Source: Squalus acanthias
Lineage: Eukaryota
Reading direction: 5' to 3'
DNA: 64,000 nucleotides
Assembly: GCA_030390025.1 (NCBI GenBank)
Contig: CM059429.1
Location: forward strand, 145,080,001-145,144,000
In this document: positions 26,502 to 38,448 of the stretch, in pieces
Layout: each line of letters opens with the position of its first letter
Numbering within the stretch: the first letter of the stretch is position 1
Notes under the pieces: generated by a model
What the model saw: the letters and a program-made list of their open reading frames with translations, nothing else
Told to the model about the DNA's origin: nothing
The model's database searches: none
Program-made: the position numbers and the translations under genes

Positions 26502-26634
26502 AATGTCTCCTGCATTGGATTTTCAAATAAGATTTCAAAATTTATGTGGTAATGTAGCTGCAATACCTTGTCCATACATTTATTCTGAATTGTTGCTTTT
26601 TATAAATTATTAGGCATTTTTTTTTGAGTTGTAG

Positions 26635-26831
26635 GCACGACAGTTAGCTTCACTTCTGATGGATGCAGAGAGGAAAAATGAAGAACTTGATGGAGTGCTA
26701 AAGACCCAACTGCTGGAATCTGACCGTGCCAAGGCTGATATTGAACAGCTTTATCAACACAATTGTAAATTACAGGCCATTGCTGAAGAACATGAATCCT
26801 TAAAAGTTACTTCAAAAAGTCTTGCTCAAAA
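26635..26831 (+). CDS. CIP2A: CIP2A coding exon (coiled coil)
   Basis: gtag| and |gtaaga. Encodes ARQLASLLMDAERKNEEL...AEEHESLK. Confidence 0.94.
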
Positions 26832-26849
26832 GTAAGATTTGGTGTTTTC

Positions 26850-26979
26850 TGCTAATTTTTTGGTGTGGATTTTCCTTGCTGTCATTTTCAATAAAAATAA
26901 ATTTTGCAGCGACATGAGGGTACATGTACAACAATTAAAGAATTGATTTTGTGTATGGCATAGAGCAGTAGTTACAGTA
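26850..26979 (+). repeat. Duplicated intronic segment, copy 1
   Basis: Collinear similarity to 28461-28581, with an identical 24-nt core tttttggtgtggattttccttgct. Confidence 0.85.
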
Positions 26980-27349
26980 ATTTTAGGCTTGCAAGTGGAG
27001 GCCAAACACTTGCCTATAAGAATTGAAAATGGGAGGGGGACTTATCCTAGACCACTGTCGTCCATCTTGAACCCTATTTCAAAGTGACATTAATGGGTGC
27101 ATGGAGTAGTATGCCAGAAAGGATGAACTGGGGCAGTGAGGGGATTTCAGGAGAGGAAGAGAACGCGAGGAGAGAATGTACCTCATGGGGGAGGGCCTAA
27201 TGAGCCAGAAAAAGTATAGCATCCCACACGAGTATAATTGCACCAATGTAAATTTTTTATAAATTGTATTTTTCACTGAATAACTGCTTGAATGTACAGT
27301 CCATAAATTCAGTTCCAGATTTGTATGTTTACATAAACTTTCTTTTTAG

Positions 27350-27463
27350 TCTAGAGACTGTTGGAAGGCAATTTAAAGAACTTCAGATTGAGCACAACTC
27401 CTTAAGCAAACAAGGTGAATTGTTCAAAAAGCAAATTGACTCCCTTAAGCAACAGAATGATAG
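27350..27463 (+). CDS. CIP2A: CIP2A coding exon (coiled coil)
   Basis: tttag| and |gtaagt; phase 2-2. Encodes LETVGRQFKELQIEHNSLSKQ...SLKQQNDR. Confidence 0.9.
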
Positions 27464-27612
27464 GTAAGTCCATCTTCTGACCTCTGATTAGATGTGGTAT
27501 TTATAGATCCTAATTGAGTCACAATGGCTTGAAGTCATGTGTTTGTCAAGTGGAATTTTTTTTTTAAACGGCAAAATATCTTGTTTTTGATTTCTCCTTT
27601 TTTGAATCTTAG

Positions 27613-27695
27613 ATGCCTTGCTCAGTTGGCAGAGTTGGAAGGGCAGAAAAATGATTTGTGCATTCAGTTACAGCAAAAGGACAATAAATTATTGG
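27613..27695 (+). CDS. CIP2A: CIP2A coding exon (coiled coil)
   Basis: ttag| and |gtatgt; phase 2-1. Encodes CLAQLAELEGQKNDLCIQLQQKDNKLL. Confidence 0.88.
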
Positions 27696-28460
27696 GTATG
27701 TCTTTGATTTGTGACTCACTTATGTCTTTGCCTGCTTTAACATTTATTGAAAAGCACTTTGAACACTAGTGCATGAGAGCTAAAACCATAAAATGTTACT
27801 TTGTTCTTTTTAAAAATTGGAAATGAGAAATATGGTGGCATAGAATGATGGGATGCGGCGTTAGAGGCTTACGGTTTTATTTTGTTCGCTGAAATAAGCC
27901 ATTCAGAAGCTTTTTTCCCCCTCTTCTACCCCTCTTGCTCCCACCCCCACATGGGCTGTTTTACTCTTGAGGAATTGTTCCTATTATCTTCACTTGGGTC
28001 GGGGGGGGCGGGGGGGGGTCTAGCCTTGTAGAAAATGGACTATGTATAGATAGTAAGACTGGACATGCATTGTATTTTGTACCCTCTACTTCCAATCCAC
28101 ATAGATGAAAATGTTATTATTTGAACAGAAGAGTGGAGTATACCAATATATTGTGCCATGGAGTGACAGGACACGTTTCGTTCATATGGTTTTCTGTGCT
28201 CCAAATGGCTAATCTCGTGGAGTATGAGGCAGTTGTCAACAGGGAGGGATAGTCAGTGACAGTTCTTCCCCAGTGCATTTTCTAGTGGCCAGTTACAGCA
28301 TGGTATAGGTCTGACAACATACTACGTTGCTGCTTTCCGGATTCTGAAATTTGTGTGTGGTCCTATTCGGAACTTAAAAGGAGAGGGAATGGTAGGAAAA
28401 ATTAGTGATAACAAAACTTCCTACTCTCAACAGCATTTCATTTAATTCAGTTTTGAATTG

Positions 28461-28581
28461 TGCTACTTTTTTGGTGTGGATTTTCCTTGCTTCAAAACTA
28501 ATAAATTGTAGCAGCTACATCAGGGTACGTGTACAACAATTGCAGAATTCATTTTGTGGATGACAGAGCAGTAGTACAGCA
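28461..28581 (+). repeat. Duplicated intronic segment, copy 2
   Basis: Collinear similarity to 26850-26979. Confidence 0.85.
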
Positions 28582-29055
28582 GTTTGTGTGGTATTGTAAA
28601 GCAAAATACTTTGCCCTGATGTTATATTCCAAGGCGATTGCATTCTACTTTGTCAGAACCCTGATCTTGGCTGGGGGTTTTGTCTGCCCCAACCTGAACT
28701 TAGCCAATTTTCTGATCTGCTATTTTGCATATTGAGAAACCTGTCTGAGCGGGCAGAGAATTGCTGCAGGAAGCCTTGGGCACCTGATGCATTGTAGTGT
28801 GGGCAGTAGTCTCTGCGTGGCTTTTCTTGGCTACGCAAGGATGCAAATGACGGGAAATACATTGTATGATGTAATTTACATATTATAATCTGCCCATCTA
28901 CATTTGGGTAGACATCTTGTACATCCCCTGTCCCTTCTGCTGGAACATGCCAGAAAAGTGGGGAGAGACTCCCGGTGGAAAATTCTGCCCAGATATCTGC
29001 AATTTTCACACACAAGCCACTAACTAAATTTTTTTTTTCTGTAAATGATTGACAG

Positions 29056-29195
29056 GTTTGGAACAAAAGCTCCAGGCACAGCAAGAAGAAACAAAAACAA
29101 TAGAAAAGGAGAAAGAGGACATGGAAGAAACTATTGACGTTCTCCGAAAGGAGCTCAGCAAGACTGAGTTAGCAAGGAAAGAGCTCAGCATTAAG
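29056..29195 (+). CDS. CIP2A: CIP2A penultimate coding exon
   Basis: acag| and |gtaaat. Encodes [11 protein letters not shown]...[24 protein letters not shown]. Confidence 0.95.
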
Positions 29196-31185
29196 GTAAA
29201 TGATGTATTTAAAATTGTTTCACTAATTGTTAATCAATCTGCCTTTCAGAAGATTGTTGAAGCAAATGTGAAGGCATTTGTGAGGATCACGATATCCAGT
29301 TCGTTGCTACCCCATCTCCCGAGTTATACTATTGTATGACTAAGTGGATAGCGAAAGCAAACTTCTGATTACGAGGGATGCAAGTCCAATTACAAGAGAG
29401 ACCAGTGACTGATTTTAACTAAGAGAATGTCTGTCAGACTCGACATTTGTGACAGAAATCTAATTGGGGAAGTGAAGCAACTGCATACAACAGTGGGTTC
29501 AAAAGCTGCCCTTTCCCTCTAGATTGGGATATATCCAAAGGGAAAGACAGCTTCCTAACTCACTGCTTTGAACCCAGCACAGAGTAATTTGCTAAGTTCT
29601 CTTTCTGTTGTTTTGGATAGGAGTCCCTTTCCAAGGAGGAGCACATTCATGGGTAGAAGCTGTCCATAATTTTGCATAAATTGGCACTCACACTTGGAAG
29701 CCTTAATAATGGCTGATGTGGGAAATGGAGAAATTCGTTGCTCACACAATAGGGAATTATTTTGATATTAATCCAAAGTATAAGAAGCTTTACATTTACA
29801 TTGACTGTCTAAAGTGCCAGGCAGTAAAACTTTTCCTATAACATCTTTTTCCTTAGGAGCACAAAAGTTCACCAAAAGAAATGAACCTAGCAGGCAGTAT
29901 ATATTTGGGGTTTGCTGAAATCATAGTGGGAAATAATTGCATGAGTGTTCACACATTATTTTTCATTTAAGTGAAATAGTACATCAGATTTTAGTTTGCT
30001 CTTGCCTTTTGAATAAAGAAAAAATGAACTAATCACTCCTATAATTTACTTAGGAATTAATTGAGTTGTCTGAAATTGTAATTTCACTTTGTTTCTGTTA
30101 AACTTAAAAAATTTTTTTCACATTTTGCATACACTTGGGAGTTCTCCATTGAAAGTTACTTTATGCAATTTCTTGCATTATATTAGTTGTAATATTGCAT
30201 TCTGTTATGTTTTAATTTGTTGTAACATTCTGGAAGACATGACTGATTTGGGCTGTAATCTGAATAAAAAATTGACCTGGAGTTGATGCTAGGTGCACAA
30301 TTCGACCAAACCAGTGCAAAAGATTGAGTAATTTCAAGCACAAATTACGTCCAGCACAAATCGAGTTTCTGCAATCTTTTGCGCTAGTTTTTAAAAAAAA
30401 CAACGCGCTGGAAGCAGGCCCTGCTCTCAAAACTGACCGCACCCCCGATCAAATTAATCACCATTGTGAATTTCTGCTAATTGCGCCCTTTGCAGGCCTA
30501 AGGAGACTCTTAAAATTGAGTTTTTTTAATAGCAAAGACACTAATAGCTTTTAAATATTAAAAATGTAATTACTAAGAAACTGACTATTGTACACCAATG
30601 AAACTAGTAAATGCTTCAGTATAGTTGTTTTTATAGTCATTTTCAGTTTTTTTAAATCAGATTACTCTGAGCTGGTGGACTAGACACTCTGATTAAAAAT
30701 GCTCATTTTCTGTGATAAACCCAATTTCAGCTGTATTAATAAAACTGCACCAGGTTACCACTGTTAAATATATCAAGGAATATTTTTTGATGCAAAAATA
30801 CGTTCTTAAATGCTGCCCGATTGCGCTGGTTCATGGCAGATTTTACATTTGCTGATTATACAAATGAGTTTGAGTGGAAACTTGAGCAAAAAAAACACTT
30901 CTGAAAACTAATGGAATTTATGCCCAGATTGCCGATTGTGCCCAAAGCGGAAACTCTACCCCAGGGACTTGATGAAACTACTAAAATAGTTCAGTTTCAC
31001 GGAATGGATGCAGTAGGTTTAGATAAAAGTGTTTTGGGATTTTTAATTTATGTTTACTTGGAACTATTCTCTGGCATTATGTACCATTTTGGTTATTTAT
31101 GTTTATGGAACAGATATTTAGAAATTAGTTTTGTTTTACATTAATAAATTCTGTTTCACTATTTATTTTGTCTCTTGCCCTGCAG

Positions 31186-31356
31186 TTGTCATCCCTAGAA
31201 GTACAGAAATCCCAGTTAGAGGCACGATTGCAACAAAAAGAAGCCCTTGTCCAAGCTCAACAGGATGAACTCAGCAAGCACTCTCAGATGATAGCAATGA
31301 TTCACAGTCTGAGTAGCAGCAAACAACAATCAAATACTGTAAATCTCAGCCTGTAG
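31186..31356 (+). CDS. CIP2A: CIP2A last coding exon with stop
   Basis: tgcag| acceptor. Encodes [15 protein letters not shown]...[14 protein letters not shown]...TVNLSL*, matching human C-terminus [15 protein letters not shown]...TVNLSI. Confidence 0.96.
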   Translation: MSSLEVQKSQLEARLQQKEALVQAQQDELSKHSQMIAMIHSLSSSKQQSNTVNLSL

Positions 31357-32346
31357 CCTTGCTTCTTGTGATTTTCAATTTTGAGAGAAATAGGGATTGA
31401 CTCAGATGTTAGCTTGTACTCCTTGCAGCTGATGGATTAGATATTTGCCCTATGGGATTAAAGCTACAAATTATTTTTAACTAAGAATTTGTAACCATTA
31501 AATATTAGCAGTATTTTAAAAATGTTTGCTTCAGAAGTGAGTGTTTGATGCTGCTGAGGAGCTGAATTGCACTGTTTTGAGCACCCCTATGAGCAAGAAC
31601 TTAGTGGCATTGCAGTCCTTAAATTTAGTGTGATTCAAAACCATATTTTTGTTTAACTGCATTATCAGTCTCAACGTGTAGCACATTACTGCCTTTAACC
31701 ATAAATTGACTAACTGCATAGATAGTTCAGGTCAAACCATGTACTATTTGGTTAGTACTGTATATATTGAGTAGATGTCACTTTGGAATTGGGAGATAGC
31801 TGTTTCATACTTGAGCAACTCTGTGCCCCAGTGCTAAGAGTACAATACTAGAATTCTCCAATTATATTAATACTAGATGTAATTCTGTCTTTAAATAGTA
31901 CCGTCCTGGAACCTTGATACCCAATGCATCAGAGCTACAATTATTCTAGAAGCGATCTATTTTATTCCAGTATTTATAATGAGTAAAATTATCTTAATCG
32001 TGCTATTCATCAGCAATATAAATGTATGCAAATTTTATATGCTTTTCAGTGTTTTTATGAATGTCTCTGACCAAATTGAAGAAAGCACTGCTCTAAAAAT
32101 TGAAAAATCAGCTTACAGATTTTGGGTTTAAAGTAGCCAACAGTATTCTACTAAAAATACATAGAAATAATTGACCATGCACACTCCTGTCACTTGTTTG
32201 ATTCCTGTTCACCCTTTGTAATCAATTATGATGCTGTCTTGAATCTATGGTGTCTTCTTTATATGTACTGTCTCATTTTCAATTGGTAGTGTACAACCAA
32301 ACATTAATTGCGGTATATCCTTTTCCTCCTTTCTCCCCACTGAGGA

Positions 32347-32352
32347 AATAAA
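32347..32352 (+). terminator. Candidate CIP2A polyadenylation signal (AATAAA)
   Basis: AATAAA about 1 kb after the stop in unique AT-rich sequence. An ATTAAA near 31497 is an alternative. Confidence 0.35.
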
Positions 32353-32880
32353 AAATTTTAAATTAAAAATGTGCTTAAAATTGAATGCAAACTATGGTTT
32401 ATACCGCACTTATAAATACAGTGGAAATATTTGTTTTTACACATAAGGCCAGTATTTAAACCTTTGGTGAAATTTATGCTAATCCAAGTAAAGCTGCCAA
32501 TGTATTGTTCAAGCTTCTGCTAGTGGCACCAACTATTGATGCACAAGTTTCATGCGGCTGACTAATCCAAAACTGAACTTGCCAGTATTCCAGAAACAGA
32601 TGGCCTGAGAGATGCTATGGCCCAGATATTAACTGGGAGACACACAGTGGGTGGGGGGTCAGTATCACGTGGGAAACCCGGAAGCATGTGCAGCGCGTCT
32701 GTCAGTGGCGCTTTAACTCTGCCACCTCGTTATCATTTTATTTCTGAGTTTGCCGTCCAGTGGCAGCGTGTGTGATGAGGACTCGTGTGATGCGATCTTA
32801 ACTCCAGTATTTAAAGGGCCAATCCAAAGATGCAATTTGGAGGAGTTGGAGTTGGAAACAAGAGAAGAGGCAGTTAAAGA

Positions 32881-34580
32881 ATGGAGTTGAGACGTTCCAA
32901 GGCTGCACCCCTGTTCACTGATGCCTTCCTTGATGTGCTGCTGGGGGCTGTGAGGAGCTGGAGCAACATGCTGTTCCCCAGCAATGGGAGGAAGAAACCT
33001 ATGGCAGAAACAAAGAAGGCGTGTTGGAGGTTGCCCAATAGGTGAGCAGCAGGAGCGTAGTGCCATGCTCCTGGATGCAGTGCAGGAAGCAGCTTAATGA
33101 CCTAACCGGGTCAGGAAAAATTAGTATAGTTGTACATTCAGCTACATCCAGCTGTGTGCATCATCCCAACCCCCTCGCTCTGCCTTCTCAAGCATACTTC
33201 ATCACATTCCCCCCTCCTCACCCACTCACCTTGAAGGTGCACCCATCCTCTGTGCACTTCCTCACATCCCCATCTATTCATCCACCACTCCCACACACCC
33301 TCATCCCTATTCAATTTCATGCCTCTCACTGATACTCCATCAGCTGAACACATGCCATTACACTCGCTCTTAGGTCTATTCTTTCTCTCGTTGCAGAAGA
33401 GGACACACACCAGCGAGAGGGAGAAAACTGAAGGTGGCCCTCTAGCCATCTCACAACTAATAACTGTTGAGGCGGAGGCACTAGAGATTAGTGGCGTTGC
33501 AGCGTGCCTGGCTGTCTGAGATGGGGAGCTCCTAGTTACCTGGTGACGCAATTAAATATCAGCCACCCACATGTCATACAGCACTCAGTCATGTTGACTT
33601 GATTTCAAGAGTGAGTGAAATATGATCATCTTCATAAGTTGCAACATTCTTACCTTTCCGGTACTGTGTTTGACAGGACCTTCATACGTGCAGCAGGAGT
33701 TGCTGGCGGTCACTGCTGACAATTCCTCAGAGGAGCTGAATCCTGAGGGTGCACTGTCACAGGACTCATGCATACCATGCACCAGCTCAGATATTCGCAC
33801 TTCGGTGGAACCTCATAGGCAGATAGTTGGGTTTTCACCTGGTGACTCACACTTAACAAGTGAGCAAGAGCAGATGGTGGTGGCAGGTACAGCAGTGGAG
33901 AGTCTGCATCGGCAGACGCAGCCCTCTCCAAGCTCTGCTCAGCTGGACACAGATGCTGTACCCTGGTGGCTGTCGGATGAAAAGGAGAATCATTGAGCAG
34001 CAGTAGACAATGTGCGATGTGCTGACAGGCCTTCCAATTCCACTCAAGACAATTGCTCAGAGGATAGAGGAATCCATCTCCAGCATAAGTGGGTTGACGT
34101 CGCTGTGAAACATCAAATGTTCCAATCAAATGATCCCATGCATACTTTGACCACGGCTGTGCAGACTCTGGGTGCCAACATGTCTGCCACCTTAAATAGG
34201 ATGACATGCCTTGACCTTACAATGCCCCACTGATCTGCCCCAAAATGCTTCCAGCACAATGGTAGCAGTGAAATGCAGCTGGGCATGGTGGGATGATGGT
34301 GAAAGGGGACATTGAAGTAGGGACTCCACTTCTCACATGTCTCCTCCCCCCCACACCCCAACTCAGTAGCCCACATGCTGCCTCGTCTCTCAATGGCCAA
34401 GTCTGCCCCGGCACAGGTGCAGGTGGAGCAGTCTTTGCCGGGGCCCTCGGGCTCCAAAACCCAGAGGACATCGGTCAAGAGCATCTCAGCAGTCAGAACA
34501 GAGATCTGAGCAGACTGCCTCTACCTCTGCTAAAGCCACAGGGGTTGCACCATGTAGGACTTGTAGGAAAAGGAAGAGTA
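32881..34580 (+). pseudogene. Harbinger Myb/SANT-like DNA-binding protein gene, disrupted
   Basis: MELRRSKAAPLFTDAFLDVLLGAVRS...LFPSNGRKKP...VSSRSVVPCSWMQCRKQLNDL, with frameshift and stop. Probable downstream exons begin near 33397 and 33677. Confidence 0.78.
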
Positions 34581-34869
34581 AGGCTTTGTAGTTGCACAAG
34601 GGCATGCATGTGGGTGTATGAGAAAATGTTAAGATTCTGTTTAGTTAGGTCACACAAATATTTTTCTTTTGCACCACTTTACAGTCTTGTCCATTCTTGG
34701 GTGCTAGGTGGCTTTTTAACTTGTTTGATGATGAATGGGAAGACATGAATTAATGGGGACCAATGGGGTATGTTCAAGTGGTGGTTGATTGTTTGCAGGA
34801 CTGCTTTGTGTCAGGCACATTAGGTGGGTGTGGGGTGGGAAGAGTGGCCGTTGCACGTGCTTGTGACAT

Positions 34870-35850
34870 GGGTTCACTGATGCAACCTAAGTGAACCTTG
34901 AATTAATAAAGGAATCCCGGGCAGCAATGTAAGCAGCTCGTGGTGCATTGCCCTCATCACCCTGCTTCTCATCTTCCTCCTCCCCCTCTGAATCATCCAA
35001 GGGGGATCTGAGCTCTTCACCTTGTTCCTCCTGCAGGCCCAAACCTCATTGCTGTGTAATGTTGCCAAGTTTGAAGTGGATATCCCTTGTCTCCTAGCAG
35101 CCACCCCTTAACTGTACTTGCAGGTCTGAAGACATCAGGGAGCTTGGACTGCCGCAGCTCCCTGGGAATCTTGCACACACCTGCAGTAATATCTTTTTGT
35201 GGTTGCACACCAGCTGCATTTTGATGGAGTGGAAGCCCTTGCAGTTGACGAATACTCCTGGGAGATATCGGGGTGCCCTGATTGCCACGTGTGTGCAGTC
35301 GATGACGCCCTGTACCTGTGGGAAGCCAGCCAGAGCCACAAGCTGAGCACCTGCTCATTCTGACTGGTGTCATTGCAGACGAAGTTGACATAATTGCCGG
35401 CCCTGGCAAACAAGCCATCTTATGCTGTCACATGTCTTATGCATTTGTGGGCCCCAACTGGGAGATTCTGGATATGTTTCCAGCAGAGCCCTGGAAGGAT
35501 CCAAGGCAAAATGGTTGAAGGTGGTGGTGACTTTGACAGCCACTGGTGAAGTGTGGCCATCAGGTCCAGCAGGCAGGGAGCAGGTCTTCTAGGAGGCTGC
35601 AGATGTCTGCCACCACCTGACACGATAACCTAAGCCTCCTGAGACACTGCTGTTCAGACAATTCAAGGAAACGGAACCTCTGCCTGTAGACCCTGTTTCG
35701 TGGGTAGTGCCTCCTGCGTGCTGCAGCCCTTTGCTGTTGCCCTCTCTCCTGTACAACTACAGGTCTCTGACCAGCAGGCTGCTGGTGCTGCTGCTAGTCA
35801 TGTTGCTCCTTATCTGAGGCCCTATCTAAGGCAGTCAAAGCGCCATACAT
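34870..35850 (-). pseudogene. Harbinger (HARBI1-like) DDE transposase, disrupted
   Basis: [20 protein letters not shown]...[17 protein letters not shown]...ARFPGS and [10 protein letters not shown], split across frames. Confidence 0.88.
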
Positions 35851-35864
35851 CCTGATGTGATAAA

Positions 35865-36295
35865 AGAAAGACTTGCATTTCTATAGCACCTTTCACAATC
35901 TCAGGATGTCCCAAAGTGCTTTACAGCCAATGAAGTACCTTTGAAGTGTAGTCACTGTTGTAATGTAGGAAACGCAGCAGCCAAATTGCTCACAGACAGC
36001 AATGTGATAATGACTAGATATTCTGTTTTTAATGATGTTGATTGAGTGATAAATATTGGCCAGGACACCGGGGATAACTCCCCTGCTCTTCTTCGAAATA
36101 GTGCCATGGGATCTTTTACGCCCACCTGAGAGAGCAGACAGGGCCTCGGTTTAACGTCTATATCTGAAAAACAGCACCTCCGACATTGCGTCACTCCCTC
36201 AGTACTGCCAGCCTAGATTTTTGTGCTCAAGTCTCTGGAGTGGGAATTGAACCCACAACCTTCTGACTCAGAGGCACCACTGAGCCACAACTGAC
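35865..36295 (-). mobile_element. Deu-domain SINE (SacSINE1-like)
   Basis: tRNA-like head, Deu core gagggagt...tcggaggtgc...ttaaaccgaggccc, L2-like tail. Confidence 0.82.
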
Positions 36296-36439
36296 ATGGC
36301 TAAAATGTTTACAACCTCCAACATGTAGAAGGTAAACTCTCAGCAAAAGTGCTGTGAACACCCTTTTCCACTAGCAGGTAAGAAAGCAGCTGTGAGTATG
36401 GAGTATTTATTGCCATATTTCCAAGAGTTGGATTGACCC

Positions 36440-37258
36440 CCTCAATTTTTTTTTAATTATTTGTTTATGGGATGTGAGTGTCGCTGGCAAGGCCATCCCT
36501 AATTGCCCTTGAGAAGGTGCTGGTGAGCCACCTTCTTGAACCGCTGCAGTCCGTGTGGTGAAGGTACTCCCACAGTGCTGTTAGGGAGGGAGTTCCAGGA
36601 TTTTGACCCAGAGATGATGAAGGATCGGTGATATACTTCTAAGTCAGGATGGTGTGTGACTTGGAGGGGAACTTGGAGGTGGTGGTGTTTCCATGTGCCT
36701 GCTGCCCTTGTCCTTCTAGGTGGAAGAGGTCGTGGGTTTGGGAGGTGCTGCCGAAGAAGCCTTGGCGAGTTGGAGCTGCACTCATCCAGGCAAGTGGAGA
36801 GTATTGCATCACACTCCTTACTTGTGCCTTGAAGATGGTGGAAAGGCTTTGGTGAGTCAGGAGGTGAGACACTCGCCGCACAACACCTAGCCTCTGACCT
36901 GCTCTTGTTGCCACAGTATTTATGTGGCTGGTCTATTTAAGTTTCTGGTCAATGGTGACCCCCCAGGATGTTGATGGTGGGGGATTCGGTGATGGTAATA
37001 CCGTTGAATGTCAAGGGGAGGTGGTTAGACTCTCGCTTGTTGGAGATAGTCATTGCCTGGCACTTCTGTGGCGCGAATGTTACCTGCCACTTATCAGCCC
37101 AAGCTTGAACGCGTCCAGGTCTTCTTGTATGCGGGCATGGACTGCTTCATTATCTGAGGAGTTGTGAATGGTGCTGAACACTGTGCAGTCATCAGCGAAC
37201 ATCCCCATTTCTGACCTTATGTTGGAGGGAAGGTCATTGATGAAGCAGCTGAAGATGT
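36440..37258 (-). mobile_element. CR1-superfamily LINE 3' fragment, distinct lineage; partner of the SINE at 13290
   Basis: RAGQRLGVVRRVSHLL...KAQVRSVMQYSPLAW, with a FADD-type region near 37185-37200. Confidence 0.75.
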
Positions 37259-38448
37259 TCTCATTTTGCTTTCACTGGCGAGTTTCAGGAAGCCCATGAA
37301 CCTGACGTTAAACTCAAAAGTCTGTGTAAATATTGCTCTAAATGATAGATTAACATATAAAGAAAGAAAGACTTGCATTTATTTAGCACCTTTCACGATC
37401 ATCAGACGTCCCAAAGCGCTATACAGCCATGATGTACTTTTTGAAGTGTAGTCACTGTTGTAATGTTAATTAGCAACCCACCTCTCCTGAGGGGCTGTGC
37501 ACACACAGCCTAAAGTGCTTGAGTGAAATGCGGACGTTGGCGGGTTTGAGGCGGCTTCCCGACGTGCTGTCATTTCCCCCGGTTTTAACCCCCTACCCAC
37601 ACCCAAACCCATGCACTCCTCCATGTTAAAATCCCCCGCATAAGTCTAGCACAGGTCTTGGTATAATATATAAAAATGCTTAAAAATATAAAAACAGAAA
37701 ATGATTGGAAGCTTAATTTTCCTTGTTACATTTTCAGGAGCAATAAAGAGGGGAATAGGGTGCAGTATTAATAAAGGATTCTACTAGAACATAAGTAGAC
37801 CTTGCATCCCTTACTACTCTGAATGTGCTATTTCCTACTGAATATCTATAAATAAATGTAATGAGACCCAGGATTCAACAGAGAACACTTGTTTTGGTTG
37901 CTTTACTTGCATAGCAATGCGCAACCATGGAGCCTTTTGATAAAATTTACATGCAAAGCTGCAACAGGTGAGTTAAAGTTCACTTTAAAAGAGAATCCAC
38001 ATAGGTTTGGAGATATGTATGAAGTTGTTCTTGGTTTGTGGCGTTCACTACTCTGATTCTGTTCAGACTCTTGTCAATCTTAGCAGGCCTGTTATTTTCA
38101 CTGTTTTGTAAGTTGCCTTTCAAATGAAAATCAGGCAGTTCTCTATTTAACTCAGAAATATTGAGAAAATGCTTGTCTGATAAAGAACAGCATCCTAATG
38201 CTACAAAATCACCACACCAACCTGCTATAAGGTATTGAATCCAGCTGCACAACCAACAAAAAGTACTCTCTGAGTTACATTTTATAAACATTGTACTGAT
38301 GTCAAATATTCTTGTGATAATATTCAGTATGTGATTGCCCAAAATGCCAATAAGTATATGCATGTGTCCCTCTTTCTCCTTGAATCTCCTACTGCCTAGG
38401 TATTCTACTGAGGTGGGTGGAGGAGAAAAAGTTGGCAAAATCATCATT

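Larger units (their letters stand above)
32619..37640. mobile_element. Decayed autonomous-type PIF/Harbinger transposon with nested SINE and LINE
   Basis: Convergent Myb/SANT-like gene (+) and DDE transposase (-). Possible degenerate ends GGCCCAGATATTAAC and GTTAAAATCCCCCGC; right boundary uncertain. Confidence 0.7.

Noticed and set aside
35017-35418. Possible domesticated HARBI1/NAIF1 gene pair
   Set aside because: Multiple frameshifts, stops and deletions, plus TE-like ends, indicate a dead transposon.
37980-38447. 155-aa ORF as a stand-alone gene or a long ORF interrupted by the MITE
   Set aside because: Rejoining the flanks across the MITE gives an in-frame stop a few codons upstream, and no domain is recognisable. 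Kept only as a candidate tail exon.
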